Source of the DNA: an uncultured virus (IMG/VR IMGVR_UViG_3300042340_000066)
Lineage: Duplodnaviria; Heunggongvirae; Uroviricota; Caudoviricetes
Strand: one strand, 5' to 3'
DNA: 20,000 nt
Virus record (IMG/VR): IMGVR_UViG_3300042340_000066
Below the pieces are notes generated by a model. It ran no database searches. It worked only from the letters and a program-made list of their open reading frames with translations, and was not told the origin of the DNA. A program made the position numbers and the translations under genes. The first letter of the stretch is position 1; every line of letters begins with the position of its first letter. This document shows positions 7,310 through 14,433 of the stretch, piece by piece.

Positions 7310-9688
7310 TTATCTGCGTCCGTCTGGCTGCACTTGGATTCTTGGGACTCCTAATTGCCATTTTACACCCAAAGAGTTATTGCTAATCTTAAAGGCAACT
7401 TGTCTTCCTCTCAGGCGAATCCATTCTTGGTGCGTGTAATCGTACACTTGCAGTGACACCTTGTTACTGGAAACTACTTCGCTATCTGTAGAGGTGAAAG
7501 TGCCTTGACCGGGGAAATTCCTCGTCGATACCGTCATCGTCACAGAAGGTGTATTTGACAGTGATCCAATAAAATCTACGTCCGGTATGATGCGCTTTAT
7601 GAACGAGAAGTTGTCACCCTCACCGATGTCGAAATCCGAAGATTCAATAAAGGAGTCAATGGGTGTTGGAGGGTTGGTGGTGTAGTCGTCTACACCGTTC
7701 TCATGAAGTAAAAGTCTGCCTCCACTGGTAGCCAGCGGGAAAGCTCTGATATGTGAATCGTACCAAGCGGTGCGCGGCATTTGGCCGTAGTACCAGACTT
7801 TCTCAAGGTAGTTGTAGACTACATAGCGGTCATTTGTGGGATTGTCCACACCGATAGTGGAAGCCGAAGGGTAGAACCACCATACCTCATTAAACTTCTC
7901 GTTGGTGCCCGCATAGACCTGATCCAACTGCGACTCGTTAATATCATCAAAGACATACTGCCGCAGACTGCAGGGGAGCGTGTCCACACGCCCAGAATAG
8001 ACATAGAATTTTTCCAAGCCCATCCAGTACGTGATGTTGCTGGCAGTGACGACTGCATTAGGACCGGCGAGAGTGACTTCGTTTGAGATCGTGTTGAACC
8101 CAAAGGTGTAGGGCGGGCCTAGATAGCGCATGGAATACAGCGCACTATCACTCCAAATCAGCACTTCCTGTCGAGTCTTTTCAGCCGTAATCAGCTTACT
8201 GCCATAGGCCATGCGTTGAAACCCCGCCGTGTTGATAGGTGTCGGCTCCCAGATCAACGGGTCTTCCTGTTCGCACCAGCGAAGCAACAATGGGTCTTGA
8301 GCGCTGGGTTCCGTGGCTGTGGGGTCGTTAGTGCCTAGCACCACAATATGCCGTTCTTCAGAGACAAAGACATGGGCACCCACTTCAGGAGACCAACTAT
8401 CCGCGCCGGGAAGATCAACAATGTTCACACCACTATGCAGCGTGACTTCACCCGTATCATCCAGATTAGCAGCCGCCGCCCAATAGTACACTCCACCATT
8501 GCGAATGTTATAAACCAAGTCTTGACCAAACGAGTCAGAACTCCACAGGCGCATGGGAATGTTGATGCCAAACTCTGCGGGTGTATTCCACCCACGGACA
8601 GGATTAGTTACGCTAGGTGTTGTTGACTGATAAACCAAACCTCTTATCGTCGTGCCGTTCTGATGGAAGGTCGCTGTGCTTGAAGTCGCTCCGCGTGTGC
8701 ATCCGGTCAGATCATTACCACTTATGCCTGAGTATTGAATGATTTCAGATTCAAGCAGTGCATACCCAGAAGCCGGAAAGGTCGAAGCATTGGTCAGGGT
8801 GATTGTCGTCTCAGTGTTATCTACTTCTTCCGCTACCGTGGTGAGCCCAGCGTTGTAGACCATAGAGTTCCAGACACCTGCACTCCAGCCCGTGCCTTGC
8901 GTAGAAAACTCCTCACCCGTGTCAATCTCAAACTCTGCAGTGATGGCACCGCCACCCTGACCTGTCAAAGCTGATGTTGCCAGTACCCCAACATCTACGG
9001 CTACGTAATTGGTAGTAAACGCCTTGATCTGAAAGTTCTTGTTTAACTGCGCGGCAGTGTAAGGCCCAAACGCAGCCGCCCCGCCTATAGTGACGAAGTT
9101 ATTCGTGCCCGAGCCATGAGCCGTAGCCGCAAGGATCAACCATCGACTGGTGACAGCAACGCCTGAATTGTACGCCGCCGCTGTAGTGCCGTTATAGCCT
9201 CGTGAGCAGCCAGTGAGAGTATTGCCACTGACATTCTGAACAAAGATATCTTCTGAACCAATGGTGATGACCAAAGGAAAAGCTCTCTGAAAAGACGTAC
9301 CCGAGACAAGAGTAATGTCCGTGCTAGTAGCACTGATCGAAGAAGCTAGCGTTGAATAGATGGTATCAAGGGACACCGTGCCCGCAGCAAAAGAGTCTGC
9401 TATGGGTGTGATATCGTAAAAGACTTGGTTGGAGTCGATGTAATATTTGAGGTTAGTCCCCATACTCAGCAGAGTGAAAGACACCCCGGAATTGGCTAGA
9501 GACTCCCACTCAGTCAGATCACGACAAGCCCCTAGATACACATCATCTGAAGCAAACGTCCACCCACCGATGTTTTCCGGCTGACCTGAACGGAAGCGAA
9601 TCTTATCGCAGGCATACCACCCCCCTTCGTTAGCAAGGGATGTTGACTCCCTATTAACTCCGGGCCTCATTTGCAATTTCTGAAGCAT
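7310..9688 (-). CDS. Tail nozzle / packaged-DNA stabilisation protein (P22 gp10-like beta-propeller, 792 aa)
   Basis: MLQKLQMRPGVNRESTSLANEGGW..CDKIRFR.G.PE.IGGW start, many W/Y-rich propeller-like strands (DPLLLRWCEQED, FNEVWWFYPS, DRYVVYNY), IRLRGRQ and QPDGRR end, AAGGAG RBS. Size and position fit a podoviral nozzle. Confidence 0.7.
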   Translation of the reverse strand: MLQKLQMRPGVNRESTSLANEGGWYACDKIRFRSGQPENIGGWTFASDDVYLGACRDLTEWESLANSGVSFTLLSMGTNLKYYIDSNQVFYDITPIADSFAAGTVSLDTIYSTLASSISATSTDITLVSGTSFQRAFPLVITIGSEDIFVQNVSGNTLTGCSRGYNGTTAAAYNSGVAVTSRWLILAATAHGSGTNNFVTIGGAAAFGPYTAAQLNKNFQIKAFTTNYVAVDVGVLATSALTGQGGGAITAEFEIDTGEEFSTQGTGWSAGVWNSMVYNAGLTTVAEEVDNTETTITLTNASTFPASGYALLESEIIQYSGISGNDLTGCTRGATSSTATFHQNGTTIRGLVYQSTTPSVTNPVRGWNTPAEFGINIPMRLWSSDSFGQDLVYNIRNGGVYYWAAAANLDDTGEVTLHSGVNIVDLPGADSWSPEVGAHVFVSEERHIVVLGTNDPTATEPSAQDPLLLRWCEQEDPLIWEPTPINTAGFQRMAYGSKLITAEKTRQEVLIWSDSALYSMRYLGPPYTFGFNTISNEVTLAGPNAVVTASNITYWMGLEKFYVYSGRVDTLPCSLRQYVFDDINESQLDQVYAGTNEKFNEVWWFYPSASTIGVDNPTNDRYVVYNYLEKVWYYGQMPRTAWYDSHIRAFPLATSGGRLLLHENGVDDYTTNPPTPIDSFIESSDFDIGEGDNFSFIKRIIPDVDFIGSLSNTPSVTMTVSTRNFPGQGTFTSTDSEVVSSNKVSLQVYDYTHQEWIRLRGRQVAFKISNNSLGVKWQLGVPRIQVQPDGRR

Positions 9689-9691
9689 GAT

Positions 9692-11662
9692 TTAGGCTCC
9701 TTTAAGAGCTTCTACTTCGGTTTTGAGTTCTTGCACGGCTTTAACCAGCATAGCAATTATCGCTCTATCGTATATGCCTTGCCCCGTTGGAGAGGCTTCT
9801 TGGCTAACTGCTTGCACCTCTTGAGCATAAAAACCTAGTTGCCTTCCTTCTTCAAGGTTAGCATTACCTTCTTCATCTTTCCAATAAAAGTAACGCGGCT
9901 GCAGTGCATCTATTTTAGAGAGGCCGTCTTCTACAAACCCGTCAGCTATTTTTAAGTTTTGGTCTGAGAGGATCGTTAGTGTGCCCGTGCCCACCCCCGC
10001 AGTGACAGTACCGCCAGCAGCTAAGTTAGGTATCGTTACAGCGCCCCCTGTGCCTATGGCTAATCTAACTTCATAAATGTTTAATGTGCTTAATTGCGCT
10101 AATACTAATGGCCTATATGTAGAAGCGGCTGTATTAACAGACAAAATAGCGGGGAAATAGTCAGAGCCATTAAAGACAGTGTCTACACTAACATACCCTG
10201 ATGGAGAACCGCTATTCTGAACATTTAACGCCCCAGTCATCGTGGAGCCGGTTTTTAGTACGTAACCGCTAGCGGCTACACCGCCCAAAGCATTTGCATT
10301 CGTGGCGTTTGTAGCTGTCGTGGCACTTACCGCATTCGTAGCGTTCGTGGCGTTTGTAGCGTTTACCGCATTCGTGGCGTTTGTAGCTGTCGTGGCTGTT
10401 GTTGCATTCGTAGCGTTTGTTGCATTCGTAGCGGTAGCGGCATTGCCTGCAATACTGATGGCCCAAGTACCCGAAGCGTTGGAACCATTAGCATCGCATT
10501 TGCCGTCAAACGTGTTCCAGTCCGTGGAGGTTAAATAGCCGTTTTGTGAAGTGCTGGCTATATTCATGGACAAATTAACCGCCGTAGTGCCTGTAGCGGT
10601 CAAAGGAGAAGTTGCCGTAACCGAAGTGACCGTACCTCCTCCAACAAGCTGAAGATTGATATTTCCACTCAAATCCGCACTCGCCGTGCCATTGACCTGA
10701 AGCCCCGTGCCTACTGTAATGGTCCTCGTCTGGGGGACAAAAGTGCTCGCGGCTTGAGATGACGCCGCCGCTATCTCTCCATCTACATAGCTCTTATTGG
10801 TAGCCTGAGTGCCACTCAAGGGAGCGTTGGGGAGAATAAGCTGCGCGGAGCCACTTAGGGAGACATTTGTAGAAAATGTCTTAGTGCCAGAAATCGTCTG
10901 GACAGTGGTGAGCCCTACAAAGTTACTGTCTGCGTATCCTTTAGTGATTACATCATCATTATCAACAGCCGCTTGGGTTAATTTCAGCCTAGGGATCATG
11001 GTCTGAGTGCTTTCACCCGCCGCTTTCCACAAATAGTTGCTATTGACGTAGTTGTACGAGGTGGCTTGGTTGCCTGTGGGTGTCGCTACGGGCAGAGTGA
11101 CGGTGCCTGTAAATGTAGTGTTGCCCGTGACGGTATTGGCCCCTGCATTGATGAAAAATTTCCCATCTACATAGCCTTTGTTTACGGCATGTGTGTTGAC
11201 CGTGGGGGTGCCTGTCAGTGTAAGGAAGTTCAGCGCAGTAAAGGCTTCTTGGAAATCCGTGCCGTTGTAGATGACCGTCTTCGTCATGTTGGCTGGAATC
11301 GTTACGCCCGTAGTGGCTGGGAGTTTGATCGTGACCGCATAAGATGTTGATCGGTTGATGACGGTATAGAGCTTGCCCGATGAGGCTGTGACCGCACTGG
11401 CGGGGACCACGATGTTTGAGTCTGCACTGATCGTAATAGCCGGGACCACCAGACACATCTGCCTTGACTGATCGTTAGCACCATTGAGCGCCGTCAGCGT
11501 AAGTGAGTTAGCCACCCAACCCGAAGAGAGCTCTACACGCCCTGCGATAGAACTTTCCAGCAACGTGCCTAGATTGGTGTTGGTGGTGTTGCCCCACGTA
11601 TTGGCCTGCTCACCCGAGGCGATGAGTTCGAGTCTAAGATTAGATGAATATGATGAAGGCAT
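9692..11662 (-). CDS. Tail fibre protein with C-terminal intramolecular chaperone (Peptidase S74-like), 656 aa
   Basis: N-terminal anchor SSYSSNLRLELIASGEQANTWGNTTNTNL; repeated AVNKGYVD/ITKGYAD/ATNKSYVD motifs; NGYLTSTDWNTF motif; ATN repeats; C-terminal SDQNLK...KIDALQPRYFYWK...LGFYAQEV...LVKAVQELKTEVEALK (9692-9967). Confidence 0.85.
   Translation of the reverse strand: MPSSYSSNLRLELIASGEQANTWGNTTNTNLGTLLESSIAGRVELSSGWVANSLTLTALNGANDQSRQMCLVVPAITISADSNIVVPASAVTASSGKLYTVINRSTSYAVTIKLPATTGVTIPANMTKTVIYNGTDFQEAFTALNFLTLTGTPTVNTHAVNKGYVDGKFFINAGANTVTGNTTFTGTVTLPVATPTGNQATSYNYVNSNYLWKAAGESTQTMIPRLKLTQAAVDNDDVITKGYADSNFVGLTTVQTISGTKTFSTNVSLSGSAQLILPNAPLSGTQATNKSYVDGEIAAASSQAASTFVPQTRTITVGTGLQVNGTASADLSGNINLQLVGGGTVTSVTATSPLTATGTTAVNLSMNIASTSQNGYLTSTDWNTFDGKCDANGSNASGTWAISIAGNAATATNATNATNATTATTATNATNAVNATNATNATNAVSATTATNATNANALGGVAASGYVLKTGSTMTGALNVQNSGSPSGYVSVDTVFNGSDYFPAILSVNTAASTYRPLVLAQLSTLNIYEVRLAIGTGGAVTIPNLAAGGTVTAGVGTGTLTILSDQNLKIADGFVEDGLSKIDALQPRYFYWKDEEGNANLEEGRQLGFYAQEVQAVSQEASPTGQGIYDRAIIAMLVKAVQELKTEVEALKGA
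10285..10445 (-). repeat. 9-bp/tripeptide (ATN)n coding repeat containing a perfect 29-bp direct repeat
   Basis: Translation NAATATNATNATNATTATTATNATNAVNATNATNATNAVSATTATNATNANA. The sequence gcattcgtggcgtttgtagctgtcgtggc occurs at 10296-10324 and 10368-10396. Confidence 0.9.
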
Positions 11663-11674
11663 GGTTACGCACCT

Positions 11675-12793
11675 TTATGTCGGTATATTGACCCAGTTGC
11701 TGGTCTGGGTGGTTGTAATGTTGGACCACAATGCGGCAGGATATTTGCCTGTAGAGGGTAGATTGTACCCAATCCCTCCTAATACGAAGAGTGTATCCCC
11801 TACTATGTACCCAGAGCCGCCGTTGGCAATCGCTACGCTGATCGCTACATTTTGGGAGTATTGTATATTGAACGTGGCATTTGCTCCACCGTTTGTTGCT
11901 ACTACAATGGCTGGATTGGGTGGGACTTCATCGTAGAGCGAGGTGTGCTTTATCGAAATTCCCGTGACGGCTCCACCACCATTCACTGCTGTCACCAGCA
12001 ATTCGGTATTCGTATAGTTGACTCCCACACAGATAGGCTGTGACCCAATCGAACAGTCCTGACCATCTACCACCGCATCAAGCGTTATCTCGTTCCAATT
12101 TCCCTGAATCGTCGCCTGCGTTGTGGGCTCTGGTGGGGTGTAGCATATCGGCGTTGAGCCAATCGAGCAGTCATCGTAGGGAATCTCAGGTATCTGTGGG
12201 GTAAAAATATCTACCCAGAACTTTCTGAAACTATTGAGCGTCGATGTGAGCATCAACCCCGTAGTGGGGACCGTAGCCCCTACACTCAGAATAACCGGCG
12301 AAACATATCCATAGAAGGACAGCCCCGTGGGTGTTATACCCGCTGCCGCAGAGACAGTAACCGAATTGAGCGTAGTGGTGAGGGTTTGCCCTGTGGGTAG
12401 GACTTCTGCACCTGCTGTGACTGAGACAGCATTAAGAGTAGTTGTTAGCGTTTGCCCAGTGAGCGTAACCGCCGCCGCACCGGAGATAGCTACGGAAGAT
12501 AGCGTAGTAGCGAGAGATTGCGAATCGAGAGCTAAAGTGTTGTTAGTCTCTAATGTTACGGCATTGAGTGTAGTAGTGAGTGTCTGCGAGTCAAGCGCGT
12601 ATTGTGCCCCTGCCTGAATAGTGGGGCTGTTGAGCGTCGTTACAAGTGACTGAGAAGAGAGCGCGTAGTTAGCTGCAGCCGTGACTGCAGCCGAAGAAAG
12701 AGAGAGGCTAAGACTCTGAGAAGCTAGGAGTAAATAGGCATCAATGCGCGGTGCCGCAATGGGCGAGTCTGCAATAGCCGAGAAGCCTAACAC
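11675..12793 (-). CDS. Virion structural protein with ~20-aa Thr/Ser-rich tandem repeats (372 aa)
   Basis: GTG start; MLGFSAIADSPIA N-terminus; about 8-9 repeats of L(T/D/S)(G/S)Q(T/S)LTTTLN(A/S)VxV; Trp-containing C-terminus; IANGGSGYIVGD motif typical of phage tail proteins. Confidence 0.7.
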   Translation of the reverse strand: MLGFSAIADSPIAAPRIDAYLLLASQSLSLSLSSAAVTAAANYALSSQSLVTTLNSPTIQAGAQYALDSQTLTTTLNAVTLETNNTLALDSQSLATTLSSVAISGAAAVTLTGQTLTTTLNAVSVTAGAEVLPTGQTLTTTLNSVTVSAAAGITPTGLSFYGYVSPVILSVGATVPTTGLMLTSTLNSFRKFWVDIFTPQIPEIPYDDCSIGSTPICYTPPEPTTQATIQGNWNEITLDAVVDGQDCSIGSQPICVGVNYTNTELLVTAVNGGGAVTGISIKHTSLYDEVPPNPAIVVATNGGANATFNIQYSQNVAISVAIANGGSGYIVGDTLFVLGGIGYNLPSTGKYPAALWSNITTTQTSNWVNIPT

Positions 12794-12809
12794 CCCGAGT
12801 CTCTGTCAG

Positions 12810-12998
12810 CTAGCCTACGGACGGTTTGCGCTTTGTGAAAACGCTGATAACACCAAAAACGGCAAGGCCCGCTTGAATAATAGCCGTCTGCTGAGCAGGA
12901 TCAATCTGCAGTCCCACTGCAGTCAACAGCATTACAATCCCGCGCCACGTACTCGCCTCGCCTAATGCAATACCAAATCTGTCTACTAAAGCACCCAT
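12810..12998 (-). CDS. Putative holin (62 aa, two hydrophobic segments)
   Basis: EASTWRGIVMLLTAVG and IIQAGLAVFGVISVF hydrophobic segments, basic C-tail KRK, strong AGGAG RBS, downstream of the endolysin. Confidence 0.7.
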   Translation of the reverse strand: MGALVDRFGIALGEASTWRGIVMLLTAVGLQIDPAQQTAIIQAGLAVFGVISVFTKRKPSVG

Positions 12999-13007
12999 TG
13001 TATTCTC

Positions 13008-13136
13008 CTAATCCCAAAAGTAAGTCACAACACCATACATAAACACCAACAGAAAAGAGACCGTCAGACAGGCATATACCAGCCCTTCGGCTAATAGCTC
13101 AACAGGGGTCTTGTCTTTGGGGTTGCGGGGTTTCAT
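13008..13136 (-). CDS. Small single-pass membrane protein (42 aa), possible lysis accessory
   Basis: Not in the ORF track. MKPRNPKDKTPVELLAEGLVYACLTVSFLLVFMYGVVTYFWD; ATGA overlap with the endolysin stop; fills the gap before the holin. Confidence 0.65.
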   Translation of the reverse strand: MKPRNPKDKTPVELLAEGLVYACLTVSFLLVFMYGVVTYFWD

Positions 13137-13696
13137 ATTTTCGCTAGTTGGAAGTGGGGTCCGTCAGGAAAAGATTTAGACATGTCCGCTGGCCCTAGTT
13201 TGTGCGAAGAGTCATTCAGGTACTTCCAGTTTGCGCCCCACTTAACCCGAACATTCAATTCTTTCGCAGCTTGCCGCATAGCTTCAGCTACCGGAAAATA
13301 ATACTTCCAATCCCAAGTTACTTTGCCATCTACGAGCGGAGCGATATCTACTGCATGGCCCGTGATGTGGAAACTGTTCATGGTTTTGCTTGCGCCCTTG
13401 GCGACAAGCTGTTTCTGCCGCTCCTTAGTTCGGAGCCCTTCCAGCACTGTGAAGTCAATGGGAGTCAATTCAATCGCTCTCCTGACCACTTTAACCAAAT
13501 CAGGATGTACACCTTTAAGACGCGCTAGCGATGTAGCCCCTAGCTGGAATTTTGGTTTGGGTGGAGAGTTGGGTGTAACGGCATTGGTAATGCTAGGTTT
13601 GAGCTTGTCGAGAAGAGGTTTTAGCTCGGGTCTGTCTTTCAACAGGAATACCAAGTCTTCGACTTCCTCGCTAGTCAATGCAACCGTTACACCCAT
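13133..13696 (-). CDS. Endolysin, M15-family Zn peptidase (L-Ala-D-Glu peptidase type), 187 aa with N-terminal extension
   Basis: LKGVHPDL...DFTVLEGLRTKERQKQLV.KGAS.TMNSFHITGHAVD...WGANW...DGPHFQL carries the SxH-x6-D and DxxH zinc motifs. I prefer the ATG at 13696 (GGAG RBS) over the track's 13786 start, which lies inside the upstream 51-aa gene. Confidence 0.9.
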   Translation of the reverse strand: MGVTVALTSEEVEDLVFLLKDRPELKPLLDKLKPSITNAVTPNSPPKPKFQLGATSLARLKGVHPDLVKVVRRAIELTPIDFTVLEGLRTKERQKQLVAKGASKTMNSFHITGHAVDIAPLVDGKVTWDWKYYFPVAEAMRQAAKELNVRVKWGANWKYLNDSSHKLGPADMSKSFPDGPHFQLAKI

Positions 13697-13700
13697 AACC

Positions 13701-13856
13701 TTACTCCGCTGCTTCGGTTTCTTCCTGTGGCAACTGCCCCTTGGCCTGCTCCTGAATGCCATTGATGAGTCCTGCGACTTCCACAAAAGGCTTGGTGCCC
13801 AGATAGTTCAGGATCGCGTTCAAAAGCTCTACACTGATTTCAATTTTAGGCTGCAT
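13701..13856 (-). CDS. Small helical protein (51 aa), tail-fibre-associated type
   Basis: Not in the ORF track. MQPKIEISVELLNAILNYLGTKPFVEVAGLINGIQEQAKGQLPQEETEAAE resembles small proteins I recall following tail fibre genes in aquatic phages. It ends 4 nt before the lysin ATG. Confidence 0.75.
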   Translation of the reverse strand: MQPKIEISVELLNAILNYLGTKPFVEVAGLINGIQEQAKGQLPQEETEAAE

Positions 13857-13890
13857 AGTTGTCTATGAGTTGTTGTTGATAGGAGCGCGT

Positions 13891-13920
13891 AGTGTAGCAG
13901 GTTTTATTCTTCCGGCTCAA
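13891..13920 (-). promoter_or_regulatory. Candidate sigma70-like promoter upstream of the 51-aa gene and lysis cassette
   Basis: Minus strand TTGAGC-N18-TACACT with TG at the extended -10 position (TGcTACACT); the -10 lies in one of the few intergenic gaps. Each box matches only 4/6 of consensus. Confidence 0.3.
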
Positions 13921-14052
13921 CAGGAGGGACCAAGTTAGCCCCGTCGTCACGAGCCATCGCTCTGTTAATGTAGTCTGAGAAGAGCGCTTCATGCACCGTC
14001 GCCACCGGGATTGTTTGACTAGGTTCGTGGAAAGCGTGATTTTTTCGGGCAT
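13904..14052 (-). pseudogene. Chimeric remnant: 5' end of a small-protein gene (MPEKITLSTNLV) joined out of frame to the 3' end of another gene (QTIPVATVHEALFSDYINRAMARDDGANLVPPVEPEE*)
   Basis: ATG at 14052 is 3 nt after the previous stop and its first 12 codons resemble the start of the 51-aa protein, after which the frame loses protein-like character. The -1 frame becomes protein-like from about 14019 and ends at TAA 13904. Confidence 0.55.
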
Positions 14053-14055
14053 GGT

Positions 14056-14418
14056 TTATTCCTCGATGGGGGTTATAGAAACAGGTGTCTGCCACGGCAA
14101 AGTTGGCGTGACGATAGGTGGATTGATTTGATTTTCGATCTGTGTGTCGATGCTTGTATATACAGCCGCGACTTGTTCTTCGCCCAATGCGTCCTGAGTC
14201 CACTGGATAGCCTGTGCTTCCGTAATGTCCTCGAAGGGCACGAAGTTGGGTTTGTCGGGATCGACAGTGAATGAGACAGTGCTATAACACGATCCGGTAT
14301 GCCCTTCGCCATCATCGCCGGAACAACGCCAGTGGCTGGTTACGACGTAATCAAGCATTCCATTAACATCTGGGATGCAGTCAAGTGCGGATATTTGCCA
14401 AGTGTATTGAGTAGTCAT
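14056..14418 (-). CDS. Tail-fibre-associated protein (120 aa; DUF7936-like by recollection)
   Basis: YTWQISALDC...VVTSHWR...FVPFEDITEAQAIQWTQDALG...IENQINPPIVTPTLPW is a pattern commonly found directly after tail fibre genes. AAGGT RBS. Confidence 0.65.
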   Translation of the reverse strand: MTTQYTWQISALDCIPDVNGMLDYVVTSHWRCSGDDGEGHTGSCYSTVSFTVDPDKPNFVPFEDITEAQAIQWTQDALGEEQVAAVYTSIDTQIENQINPPIVTPTLPWQTPVSITPIEE

Positions 14419-14433
14419 ATTAGTGGACCTTAA

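Noticed and set aside
10285..10445. ATN repeat as an antifreeze or ice-binding domain
   Set aside because: It superficially resembles Ala/Thr tripeptide antifreeze repeats, but AxxAxx tracts are common phage fibre stalk elements and nothing else supports ice binding.
13008..13136. 42-aa protein as a lipoprotein o-spanin
   Set aside because: The Cys context (LVYAC) is not a good lipobox, and the Cys lies at the start of the hydrophobic segment rather than after it.
13697..13786. 217-aa version of the endolysin given in the ORF track
   Set aside because: The extra 30 codons overlap the 51-aa gene out of frame; ATG 13696 has a GGAG RBS and follows that gene's stop.
13846..14203. 68-aa and 99-aa ORFs as intact genes
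   Set aside because: Each is protein-like over only part of its length, and the 99-aa ORF overlaps the 120-aa gene. A chimeric scar explains both better.
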